Assembly: GCA_016868785.1 (NCBI GenBank)
Contig: VGFS01000001.1
Coordinates: 20,631-84,630 of the forward strand
Direction of reading: 5' to 3'
Source of the DNA: Bacteroidota bacterium
GTDB taxonomy: Bacteria; Bacteroidota; Bacteroidia; NS11-12g; UBA955
DNA: 64,000 nt
The notes under the pieces are model-generated. The model was not told where the DNA came from, made no database searches, and was given only the letters and a program-made list of their open reading frames with translations. The number at the start of each line of letters is the position of its first letter. The stretch's first letter is position 1. The position numbers and the translations under genes are program-made. Of this stretch, positions 28,792 through 38,119 are shown in pieces.

Positions 28792-31608
28792 ATGGCTAAA
28801 ACTGTTTCAAACACCGTTCAACCCCAATCAGAAGCTTCTGCGATTGCTGTCACCCAGATTTCACTGGACGATTTTCAACAACTTTTGAATCAACACAACA
28901 ATTCAGAAGAAGGGATTTCGCCTCTAGATCCTCTCTATCTCGTTTACTCGGGAAATACAGCACCCAAAGCTTCGGAATTTCAATCATTCAGTCAAGCCGT
29001 CAATGCATCACAACGGGCTGCGTACGCCGTGGCAAAGCCCAAAGCCAACAATGTCTGGGTGTCTGAGTTGCTTGCGGGACATACCGATGCCGATCTGCAG
29101 ACCAAATGGATATTGCTCAACAAATCGGCAGTTTTGGACTTGCTTTCTCCTACCAACACCCTCGAAAACCTCTTCAGCCTCTCCTATTTGTTGGAAAAAT
29201 GTGGTGCGAGGCAATATCAAACAATCCTCTCGCAAACAGCAAACAAAGTTCCTTTGAACAGCCTGTTGAAGGCACGTTGGAAGATTGCCCAAGATTACTA
29301 CCTAAAATCAAATAAAAACATTCATCGATGGGCCTTCATGATTATCGCCGTTTTTGCAGCAATCTTCATGACGCAAATGAGTAAAACAGCCTCCATTTCC
29401 GGAGACGAATTCACCCAATACACCTATTCAAAGCTCATCGCGAACTACTACCTCGATCCCATTGGTATGGCCATTCCGGTTGACACCAATGAATTGAAAG
29501 GACAGCGAATGCCCACCTTGGCCAAAGCACTGCCCCAGTTGGGTTCTGATATTGCCACTATCAAAGACCCTGATCGCGTCATGCATGTGTACGGATCGAG
29601 CTTTGATACGTTTACCACCATTTTGGGTCATTGGATGGGCGTGGAAGATTATATGGGTTTCAGACACTGGTGGAATGCCTTGTTTGGCTTCTTAACCATT
29701 TTCTATACTGCACTGATTGTGAAGCAACTCACCCGCGGAAGTTGGCTCTACGCATGGGTGGCCATGTTGGTCATGCTGTTTATGCCCCGTTTCTTTGGTG
29801 AGGCGATGAACAACCCCAAAGACGTTCCCTTTGCCCTGGGTTATGTGATGAGTTTGTATTACGCCCTCAAACTTTTCCGCAGTGGCAGTCACTATTCATG
29901 GAACAACATCTTCGGCCTGGTATTTGGTACCGCCCTTGGCATTAGCGTCAGAATTGGGGGCTTGTTGAGTGTGGCGATCTTTTTCATGTATGCTGGATTG
30001 AAATTCATTGAATCCATCGGATTGAAAGAATTCATGGGCTTTAAATGGAAAGGCTTTACCAACTTGATTCTGTGGTTGGCAGGACTGGGATTGGCTTCCT
30101 ATATTTTGGGTATTGTGGTATGGCCTTACGGTTGGACAGAACCTTTCACCAACCCCATGGAAGCGTTGAAAGAGTTCACCAATTATTCCGTTTCCTTGAG
30201 GCAGTTGTTTGAAGGCAAACTGTACGACTCAGACATGCTTCCACTGTATTATTTGAGGAAGTATTTGATGATTACAACACCACTTGCCGTGATGTTAGGT
30301 GTATCGTTGTTTATGCTGTTGCTTTATCCCAACCGTAAAAAGTTCAACAATGAAATCTTTTTAATTTTGTTCGCTGCCATTTTCCCGGTTGTTTATATCT
30401 ACATCCAAAAATCGCAAGTTTATGGAGGAATACGTCAGATCCTATTCACCCTGCCCTGTTTTGTGGGAATCGCTTTTGTGGGCTATCAATGGTTGGATCA
30501 ATGGTTGACCAAAACAAACCACAAACTCAAGGGTTGGATTTTGGCAATCACCTTGGCATTAACAGCCCTTCCTGCAAAATTCATTTTTGCCAATCACCCA
30601 GTGAGCTACTCCTTTTTCAATGAAATACATGGCGGTACAGCCAAAGCGTATGCTGAATATGAAATGGATTATTACCTCGCCAGTTTGCGTCCAAGTACCG
30701 AATGGTTCATCAAAAACGTGGCCGAGAAAAATCCCAACAAGAAATTCGAAGTCCTTTCTTACGGCATGGACCACGTAAAGTACTATTGTAGAAATCAAAA
30801 AAATGTTCACGTGGGTTACTCCCGTTTCGATGACCGTAGTGCCAAAAAATGGGATTATTGCATTTTTTACAATGCCTATTTTGATAAGTCTCGATTGAAT
30901 TCAGGAGAATTCCCACCCAAAGGCACCGTATATCAACAAAATGTAGATGGCGTTCCCGCTGGTGTGGTCATTGAACGTCCCATTAGTTCACCCAATGACG
31001 ATTTCGACGATTTTGAAGGCATCAAAGCCATTGAAAAGGATACAGCATTTGCCAAAGGGATTGAACTGTTGAGTCGTTATTTACAGAAAGACCCCAATCG
31101 TTCAGAAATCCATTTCTACCTGTCAACGGCCTACGCCAACTTGGATCAGGTGGAAAAAGCCATTGCCGCAGCAGAAACGGCCAGAAAATACTACCCAGAG
31201 CATTCGCGCAGTTGTTTTGCCTTGCACCAATACTATCTCAATGAGAAGAAATACGACAAAGCAATTCAAGTAATGACTGAATTCATTGATTCTCGTCCCC
31301 GCGACGGCGAAGGATATGTAATGAAAGCGCAAGCAGAATTAATCAAAGGTGATGCGATGTCTGGCATAGCTACGCTGCAAGGAGCCGTGGCTGTCAACCC
31401 CATGGACTACCGTGTGTATGGACTGGGCGCTCAGGCCTTTCAAATGCAAAAGGATGTAACCAATTACAATCTCTGGGTGCAAGCGGCGCAAATTGGCACA
31501 GCCAAAACACAAATAGATTTCCAAATGGGTGTTGAGGCCATCATGACCATTTACGAATCCATCACAGGTACACCGCTGGATACAAAAAAGTACGGATTGA
31601 GTAATTAA
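28792..31608 (+). CDS. GT-C fold membrane glycosyltransferase (ArnT/PMT-like) with C-terminal TPRs
   Basis: SGDE after the first TM, MNNPKDVPF, YGGIRQILF, many TM segments, then TPRs. ATG 28792 follows TAGGTTTG. Confidence 0.75.
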   Translation: MAKTVSNTVQPQSEASAIAVTQISLDDFQQLLNQHNNSEEGISPLDPLYLVYSGNTAPKASEFQSFSQAVNASQRAAYAVAKPKANNVWVSELLAGHTDADLQTKWILLNKSAVLDLLSPTNTLENLFSLSYLLEKCGARQYQTILSQTANKVPLNSLLKARWKIAQDYYLKSNKNIHRWAFMIIAVFAAIFMTQMSKTASISGDEFTQYTYSKLIANYYLDPIGMAIPVDTNELKGQRMPTLAKALPQLGSDIATIKDPDRVMHVYGSSFDTFTTILGHWMGVEDYMGFRHWWNALFGFLTIFYTALIVKQLTRGSWLYAWVAMLVMLFMPRFFGEAMNNPKDVPFALGYVMSLYYALKLFRSGSHYSWNNIFGLVFGTALGISVRIGGLLSVAIFFMYAGLKFIESIGLKEFMGFKWKGFTNLILWLAGLGLASYILGIVVWPYGWTEPFTNPMEALKEFTNYSVSLRQLFEGKLYDSDMLPLYYLRKYLMITTPLAVMLGVSLFMLLLYPNRKKFNNEIFLILFAAIFPVVYIYIQKSQVYGGIRQILFTLPCFVGIAFVGYQWLDQWLTKTNHKLKGWILAITLALTALPAKFIFANHPVSYSFFNEIHGGTAKAYAEYEMDYYLASLRPSTEWFIKNVAEKNPNKKFEVLSYGMDHVKYYCRNQKNVHVGYSRFDDRSAKKWDYCIFYNAYFDKSRLNSGEFPPKGTVYQQNVDGVPAGVVIERPISSPNDDFDDFEGIKAIEKDTAFAKGIELLSRYLQKDPNRSEIHFYLSTAYANLDQVEKAIAAAETARKYYPEHSRSCFALHQYYLNEKKYDKAIQVMTEFIDSRPRDGEGYVMKAQAELIKGDAMSGIATLQGAVAVNPMDYRVYGLGAQAFQMQKDVTNYNLWVQAAQIGTAKTQIDFQMGVEAIMTIYESITGTPLDTKKYGLSN

Positions 31609-32516
31609 TTGTTCCGTTTATGCTTCCAACGCCTATGGCTCCACAGCCAAATATGGGGTTGGTTTTGGATTTCCTTTTCTGTGTGCTGCGCGATGAGTCG
31701 GGTAATTTCACCATCGGGCATGGCTGCAGGATCTGAACACAGCAATTCGGTTTTTGCTTGGTAGAATCCGCGGCTTACTTTGCTGCTCGACAAATAATAA
31801 ATGGGCATGCCAAATTTCTTGGCAATCTTTTCAGGTCCTATCATGAACGGAGTGTCTTGATTTAGAAAATTCGTCCAATAGGCTCCTTTGCCGGAACTAG
31901 GGTTCTGATCTCCAATAAACGCATTTACCGTTACCACAGACTTGTTGGCATCCAACACGCGTAAAGTTTGCTCCATGGGAATGGGATTGGCCCCGAACTT
32001 ACTTCTGATATTGAACATCCAACGGTCAAATCCGCGGTTCGACAAAGTCTTATAAATACACTGAACGCGTTGCTGACAAACGATTTGCGACATCAAACAT
32101 ATCCATTCCCAGTTGCCACAATGACTCATCACGATGATTGCACTTTCGTTTTGGTTATGCAATTGGTCGTAATGATGTTGATCGAGATTCGCCATGCGAT
32201 TTTTCATCTCGCTGGCGCTGATTGACATTCCTTTGATTGTCTCCACAAACAAATCTCCCAAGTGCTTATAAAAATCTCGTTCGATGGTGAGCAATTCATC
32301 GTTGGATCTCTCTGGAAATGAATTCTTTAAATTTTCTCTAACCACTTTTACCCGGTATCCTATCAACCGGTAAAGGATGAACGACAACCCATCCGAGATG
32401 ACGTACAACACTGAAAACGGCAGGATGCTCAGCAGCTTTAAAAATGGCCAGCCCAAGATCCCAAACGACCAGTGTCCCTTCGGCACTGGCGTGCGCTTCA
32501 TCGTCAACAATTGCAT
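31605..32516 (-). CDS. Lipid A biosynthesis acyltransferase (LpxL/HtrB family)
   Basis: SHCGNWEW, GDQNP and PHIWLWSHRRWK motifs. Confidence 0.9.
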   Translation of the reverse strand: MQLLTMKRTPVPKGHWSFGILGWPFLKLLSILPFSVLYVISDGLSFILYRLIGYRVKVVRENLKNSFPERSNDELLTIERDFYKHLGDLFVETIKGMSISASEMKNRMANLDQHHYDQLHNQNESAIIVMSHCGNWEWICLMSQIVCQQRVQCIYKTLSNRGFDRWMFNIRSKFGANPIPMEQTLRVLDANKSVVTVNAFIGDQNPSSGKGAYWTNFLNQDTPFMIGPEKIAKKFGMPIYYLSSSKVSRGFYQAKTELLCSDPAAMPDGEITRLIAQHTEKEIQNQPHIWLWSHRRWKHKRNN

Positions 32517-33583
32517 CAGATATAATTGAATGTTTGCCCGGCTTGGATATGTTTTACCGTATGATACATCAATTGAATACAGCTATTCACATCATCCAAA
32601 TGAACGGTTTCAACGGTGGTATGCATGTATTTTAAAGGCAGAGAAATCAGCGCTGAGGCCACACCCATCCCGGAATACGCAAACGAATCGGTATCCGTAC
32701 CTGTGCTGCGACTAACCGCATTTCGCTGAATGGCAATTTCTTGGCTCTTGGCAACGCCGATGATGGTTTGTAATAGGTTATTTTGAACCGCCGGACCGTA
32801 GGTCACCACTGCCCCTTTCCCGCATTTGCAATCGCCTTGTTGTTTTTTGTTGTATAACGGGGAGCACGTATCGTGGGTAACATCGGTAATGATGGCCACA
32901 TCGGGCTGAAGTCGGCGTGAAATCATTTCCGCACCACGCAAGCCAATTTCCTCCTGGACACTGTTCACCAAATAGACCGTAAATGGCAGTGCGTCTTGGT
33001 TCTCAGACAGCTGACGAGCAACCTCGGCAATCATGAATCCTCCCATGCGATTGTCGAGCGCCCTTCCCACGAGGTGTTTGTCGTTCAACCAAAAGCAATC
33101 CGCTTCAAAAACGGCCACAGCACCCACGTGCACGCCCAAGGCTTCTACCTCGGCTTTGCTACTGCAACCCAAATCGATAAAAATATTTTCTTGTTTGGTT
33201 TCTGGATTTTTATCGGCCCGAACATGGATGGCAGGCCAGCCAAAAACACCTTTCACCACATTTCCATTTTCACAATGAATGTTACAACGCATGGAAGGGG
33301 CAATTTGAAAATCCGAACCCCCATTGCGTATAACGTAGATGTATCCATCTTCCGAAATGTAATTCACAAACCAGGAAATTTCATCGGCATGCGCTTCCAA
33401 CACCACTTTGTAAGGCATTCCGGGATTGATCACACCCACTGCAGTTCCGTAGGTATCCACAAAGGTTTCTTGCACATAGGGCTTTAAATAGTTGAGCCAA
33501 ATGGATTGTCCAGAATGTTCAAATCCGGTGGGACTTACATTGTTGAGGTAGGTTTCTAAAAACGCTTTGGATTCAGGTCTCAT
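32516..33583 (-). CDS. M42 family metallopeptidase
   Basis: AHADEI, RALDNRMG, QEEIGLRGA, TDVTHD and KYMHT motifs. Confidence 0.92.
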   Translation of the reverse strand: MRPESKAFLETYLNNVSPTGFEHSGQSIWLNYLKPYVQETFVDTYGTAVGVINPGMPYKVVLEAHADEISWFVNYISEDGYIYVIRNGGSDFQIAPSMRCNIHCENGNVVKGVFGWPAIHVRADKNPETKQENIFIDLGCSSKAEVEALGVHVGAVAVFEADCFWLNDKHLVGRALDNRMGGFMIAEVARQLSENQDALPFTVYLVNSVQEEIGLRGAEMISRRLQPDVAIITDVTHDTCSPLYNKKQQGDCKCGKGAVVTYGPAVQNNLLQTIIGVAKSQEIAIQRNAVSRSTGTDTDSFAYSGMGVASALISLPLKYMHTTVETVHLDDVNSCIQLMYHTVKHIQAGQTFNYI

Positions 33584-33733
33584 GATTGCGAAGTTATCGA
33601 TTCTGTGTGATCTATCGCCAACAATTAATCTACAAAAGGCAGTTGCAATAATCCTTAAAATCTGATGTGTGGTTTTGCGAAAATCCGTAATATCATCGGC
33701 GCATATTCACATAAGTTTGAATACAAAAAAAAC

Positions 33734-34828
33734 ATGGAGCCCAATAAAATCGTATTTAACCAAAAACAGCAACCAGAATTTTTCCAAATGGTAACCAAAC
33801 GTGTGAACGATTATTTTCAAGAAAATGGAAAGAGCCGATACGCCAATGCGGGTATGAAATTAAAATCAGTGATCATTTTGTTGCTATACTTCACCCCAAT
33901 TTGCTATTTGATCCTTGGCGATGTAACGGATTTAACAATGCAATATTCATTGTGGGCGATGGCTGGACTTGGTATGGTGGGCATTGGTCTTACGATCATG
34001 CACGATGCCAATCACGGCGCCTATTCTTCGAAGAAATGGGTCAACAATATGATGGGGGGAACGCTTAATTTGGTTGGTGCTTACAACATCAACTGGAAAA
34101 TCCAGCACAACATTTTTCACCACACATATACCAACATTTTGGGACAAGACGAAGACATTAGAAAAACAATCATTCGATTTACGCCAAAGCACCCTTACAA
34201 AGCAATGCACCGATTCCAATGGCTGTATACTTCATTCTTGTACATGATTTTTCCTTTTGTATGGATACTGAGCAAGGATTTTGAACAGTATTCTCGGTAT
34301 AGCAAACAGGGACTTTATGAGAGAATGGGCAGAAGCAACCGCAAAGCGTTGATTGAAATTTGGACAATCAAATTGCTGTATTGGCCCACAACCTTGCTGT
34401 TGCCAATTTATGCATCACAATTTGGTTATGGGCATACTATTGCTGGCTTTTTCATGCATCACTTCATCTGCGGAATCATTTTAGCCTTGGCTACACAGCC
34501 GGCTCATGTTGGTAAAGACATGGAGTATTTTGCAAGTTCAGACAGCAATGGCCACATGGAAAACAGTTGGGCCATTCATCAAATCAAAACAACGGCCAAT
34601 TTTGCCGAAAAAAGTTCATTTATTACTTGGTGCTTTGGGGGGCTCAACTACCAGATAGAGCATCATCTTTTCCCTACCGTCTGCCACGTTCATTACCCTG
34701 AAATTTCTAAAATTGTTAGGGCAACATGTGATGAGTTTAATTTGCCCTACAAATCTCATCGCACATTCTTTCATGCACTGGTGAGTCATTATGGTCAATT
34801 GCGAAGATTGGGATTCAAGACAGCATAA
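33734..34828 (+). CDS. Membrane fatty acid (acyl-CoA) desaturase
   Basis: His boxes HDANH, HNIFHH and QIEHH. ATG 33734 follows TAAGTTTG (33712-33719). Confidence 0.92.
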   Translation: MEPNKIVFNQKQQPEFFQMVTKRVNDYFQENGKSRYANAGMKLKSVIILLLYFTPICYLILGDVTDLTMQYSLWAMAGLGMVGIGLTIMHDANHGAYSSKKWVNNMMGGTLNLVGAYNINWKIQHNIFHHTYTNILGQDEDIRKTIIRFTPKHPYKAMHRFQWLYTSFLYMIFPFVWILSKDFEQYSRYSKQGLYERMGRSNRKALIEIWTIKLLYWPTTLLLPIYASQFGYGHTIAGFFMHHFICGIILALATQPAHVGKDMEYFASSDSNGHMENSWAIHQIKTTANFAEKSSFITWCFGGLNYQIEHHLFPTVCHVHYPEISKIVRATCDEFNLPYKSHRTFFHALVSHYGQLRRLGFKTA

Positions 34829-34882
34829 CGCATACCAAAGAATCAACTGCATTCACCCTCTGGCGCGCGAATTTTCAAGCAT

Positions 34883-34919
34883 AAAAAAAGCCTTCTCAAG
34901 GAATTGAGAAGGCTTTTTT
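34883..34919. terminator. Bidirectional terminator between the desaturase and tRNA-Val
   Basis: AAAAAAGCCTTCTCAA-ggaa-TTGAGAAGGCTTTTTT. Confidence 0.88.
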
Positions 34920-34920
34920 G

Positions 34921-34995
34921 TGGGAGTTGAGGGATTCGAACCCCCGACCCTCTGCTTGTAAGGCAGATGCTCTGAACCAGCTGAGCTAAACTCCC
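34921..34995 (-). tRNA. tRNA-Val(TAC), CCA not encoded
   Basis: GGGAGTTTAGCTCAGCTGGTTCAGAGCA-TCTGC-CTTACAA-GCAGA-GGGTCGGGGGTTCGAATCCCTCAACTCCCA folds as a cloverleaf. -7 element TATTTTTG at 35021-35028. Confidence 0.97.
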
Positions 34996-35068
34996 TTTGT
35001 GGTTCTTTTGAACGGGAATGCAAAAATAGTATTTTCTTTGACTCGCACAACAAAAACAGGAAAAATAT

Positions 35069-37024
35069 TCAGTGTTTTTTTGACTCTATTTCCACCACAC
35101 CCTTGATTCCATTGATAATCAACAGCATTAGACATAAAACCCAAGTGCATTTAAAAATCCAATAAACAGAATCCCCCAAGTAATTGGGTTTGTAATCCAG
35201 TTGAAAATGATTTGCCGCAGGAATTTTTATTCCCGTGTTACCGTACGACGACCAGGCTAGGGACCGTCCTCCGGAAGTCAACTGCCAATGTTTCGATGGC
35301 GTTTGTCGCACAACGAAAAAACAAACACCCTTGGCATAGACCATCCCTCGAAAAGCAATCGTGTGTCCATTTTCTAGCATCTCACCCACCTTCAAAATAC
35401 CCTTTGGGACTAAATTCCCCGCACTATCCAAGGCGATTATTGCCTCTTCAACATTCGTTACAGGATTGGAGTCTTTATTTTCTCTCACCCGCAGTTGATA
35501 GGGATTATATCCGTCGGTGGCCCATTGCTTGAGGTAAACTCCTTGGTTTTGATTCATGAATGGCACTGTAGCATTCAAGAGCGAATCGGAATCCACTGGT
35601 TTCGACGATGGAATTTGTTTGCGCCATACACCCAATTGTGGCCCTTGATGGGAAAAATCGTGCAGTTTCCCATTCACCTCATTTGCAGGAATTTTCACGA
35701 GCACCGTGTTTTTAATATCTCGCGACGCACCATAAATGACTTCGATCAATACCAACAAAGCCATCAGCCAGCTCCATCGCTTCAATGCCTCCCAATGCTG
35801 TTTTATTGCAAAGGCAGCCGCCATCAGCAACATCAACAGGGCCATTCCCCGATAAATGGCGGGAAATCGAAACAATTGTAACAACGGCAATCTCGGAACC
35901 ACAAACGCGTGCACGGGCGATTCAGGTCCAACCGCCAACAGAAAAAACAACACTGCCAATCCTACCGATAGCAACACGGGGCGACCAATTATAAGATTCC
36001 GACCCATCAATTTCCTGATCAATTCCGAAGTGACAGAGGCTACAAGAAAAACCAACAGTAAGAAACTCCATCGCACATTGATGAGACTGATGTCGGCCAA
36101 GCCTTTTGCCATCGTTTGGTCGGCTTCCACAAACCACATCGATGCGATTGCTCTCCAAGGCCAATGACCAAATTGCATGTCTTGGATCGAAAGCACATCT
36201 GCACGAGTAATCGATTGCTGTAAATCCCAGAAACTCAATATAGCCGGTAACGACAGGCCAATAAAAGTGGCTAAGCTTACAATCAAACCCGAAAATTGTT
36301 GTATAAATTGCTTTACCGAGCGGTGGTTTCGATCGGCACAAATCCAAAACACCCACATTCCTGCGGCACTGTAAAGCGCCAATGCGGTTACACCCAAATA
36401 TCCCCCAGCAAACTGAAAATGGGCCACAATTCCCAAGAGCACAGCGTAAGCGCATCGTGCAGAAACATCATCTTTGGACCGAAACATCCCCAACATCAAT
36501 CCCAACAACCACGGCAACCATGCAAACCCAATCACCCATCCCAAATGCTGGGCATTACCCAAGAAAAAACCGCTCAATGAATATACAATTGCCAAAACCC
36601 CAGCGGGAATGCTCGGGGTATGGATACGGCGCAAGAGAAAGGCGAACCCAAGGGAGGCTATCAACAAATGGGTTAAATACTCAACCAACAGCGACTGCAA
36701 ATTATACTCGTGGGTAGCGGCAAACAAATAACTCAATTCATACCAAGTACCGGGGTCCCCGTGCTGCGGAAATCCGCCAGACATGTATGGGTTCCAAAGA
36801 GGAAGGAGCCCTTGTTTCAATTGCTCGGTAACAAAATACTTCCAAGGGAGATAAATTTCAGTAGCATCCCATTGGAGCGCAGCATTTTCCATGAAAGCTG
36901 GAAAGAACAACCCTAGCAAAATCGACGATTCAACCAAAATCAACATCGCCCAAAAATGAAGTCGCTGTCCGAAGTTAATTGGATGTTTCATTCTGGTAAA
37001 ATTTTTACTGCGGGTATTCGACAA
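35069..37024 (-). CDS. YfhO-like polytopic membrane protein (putative GT-C); start may be ATG 36991
   Basis: LPLWNPYMSGGFP, YSLSGF, AWLPW and LFRFP motifs. Confidence 0.65.
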   Translation of the reverse strand: MSNTRSKNFTRMKHPINFGQRLHFWAMLILVESSILLGLFFPAFMENAALQWDATEIYLPWKYFVTEQLKQGLLPLWNPYMSGGFPQHGDPGTWYELSYLFAATHEYNLQSLLVEYLTHLLIASLGFAFLLRRIHTPSIPAGVLAIVYSLSGFFLGNAQHLGWVIGFAWLPWLLGLMLGMFRSKDDVSARCAYAVLLGIVAHFQFAGGYLGVTALALYSAAGMWVFWICADRNHRSVKQFIQQFSGLIVSLATFIGLSLPAILSFWDLQQSITRADVLSIQDMQFGHWPWRAIASMWFVEADQTMAKGLADISLINVRWSFLLLVFLVASVTSELIRKLMGRNLIIGRPVLLSVGLAVLFFLLAVGPESPVHAFVVPRLPLLQLFRFPAIYRGMALLMLLMAAAFAIKQHWEALKRWSWLMALLVLIEVIYGASRDIKNTVLVKIPANEVNGKLHDFSHQGPQLGVWRKQIPSSKPVDSDSLLNATVPFMNQNQGVYLKQWATDGYNPYQLRVRENKDSNPVTNVEEAIIALDSAGNLVPKGILKVGEMLENGHTIAFRGMVYAKGVCFFVVRQTPSKHWQLTSGGRSLAWSSYGNTGIKIPAANHFQLDYKPNYLGDSVYWIFKCTWVLCLMLLIINGIKGVVEIESKKH

Positions 37025-37095
37025 ACCTCAAATTTACGTGCATTCAAACAATTCCGTATGAATGGTGTTAAAGCATTCAGAATTACCTTTGTTTT

Positions 37096-37725
37096 ATGAA
37101 TATCATTGAGGATCTCAATTGGCGCTATGCCACAAAACGCTATATCAACAAAGAAGTACCTGCAGCACAAATTGATACGCTTTTAGAATCTATTAGGCTT
37201 TCTGCTACATCGTTGGGATTGCAACCATTCGAAATTTACGATATACGATCCTCTGAGCTCAGGGTTAAGATGCGTGAAGCGGCCTACAACCAGCCACAAC
37301 TCACCGAAGCTTCCCATGTTTTCGTCTTTGCTGTTTGGACAGAGGTAACAGAAGCAATGGTAGACAGTTATCTGCAATTCGTGGCTGAGGTAAGAAATCG
37401 TGAAATTTCTCAACTGGATGGATTTAGGAAAAGTATTTTGGGTTTCTTGGGGGGCAAATCTGCCGAAGAAATCATTAAATGGTCGAGCAATCAAGCCTAC
37501 ATCGCGCTTGGTAAAGCCATGGTATCCGCTGCGCAAATGCGGATCGACAGCACACCCATGGAAGGATTCAACCGCCAAGTCATGGATGAACTGTTGGGAC
37601 TGCGCGATAAAAAATTACATGCCTCAGTGATTCTCACTGTTGGATACAGAGACACTGAAAACGACCCAATAGCCAACGCTCAAAAAGTGAGAAAGCCCAT
37701 TCACCAAATTCACCGCATTATTTAA
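37096..37725 (+). CDS. NAD(P)H nitroreductase (NfsB-like)
   Basis: WRYATK, SLGLQP, IDSTPMEGF and VGYR motifs. Confidence 0.92.
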   Translation: MNIIEDLNWRYATKRYINKEVPAAQIDTLLESIRLSATSLGLQPFEIYDIRSSELRVKMREAAYNQPQLTEASHVFVFAVWTEVTEAMVDSYLQFVAEVRNREISQLDGFRKSILGFLGGKSAEEIIKWSSNQAYIALGKAMVSAAQMRIDSTPMEGFNRQVMDELLGLRDKKLHASVILTVGYRDTENDPIANAQKVRKPIHQIHRII

Positions 37726-37728
37726 GTC

Positions 37729-37746
37729 TATTGCTATTTAGCGATA
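37729..37746. promoter_or_regulatory. 8-2-8 inverted repeat, candidate ArsR-type operator
   Basis: TATTGCTA-tt-TAGCGATA (7 of 8 paired), upstream of TATATTTG at 37758-37765. Confidence 0.5.
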
Positions 37747-37789
37747 AGATTTCATAGTATATTTGCAATTCACGATAAAAGAGGAAAAA

Positions 37790-38119
37790 ATGGCAATACG
37801 CGGAAAATTTGAAAACAAAATCACATCAACGGCTGATGGACTCAAAGCCATGGGCCATCCTGGTAGAATTGCTATTTTAAAGCACCTCATGCAACACGGC
37901 GCCTGCAGCTGTCAGGATATTGTAGATCAACTACCCTATAGTCAGAGTACCGTTTCTGGTCACCTACAGAAATTGAAAGATGGAAAACTAATCACAATGA
38001 AGTCGGTGAAAACCTCCAGCGTTTACAGTATCGACATGGAAGCCATCGAGGCGTTGTATGTGGAATTGGGCGAAACCTTTCAGTTGAAAGCCGATAAAAA
38101 ACAACTGTCGCTGTTCTAA
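37790..38119 (+). CDS. ArsR/SmtB family transcriptional regulator
   Basis: KAMGHPGRIAIL, CSC and SQSTVSGHLQKLK motifs; ATG 37790. Confidence 0.88.
   Translation: MAIRGKFENKITSTADGLKAMGHPGRIAILKHLMQHGACSCQDIVDQLPYSQSTVSGHLQKLKDGKLITMKSVKTSSVYSIDMEAIEALYVELGETFQLKADKKQLSLF

Noticed and set aside
34921..37100. Integrative element at tRNA-Val
   Set aside because: No integrase, no duplicated tRNA 3' end noticed, and the flanking genes are ordinary.
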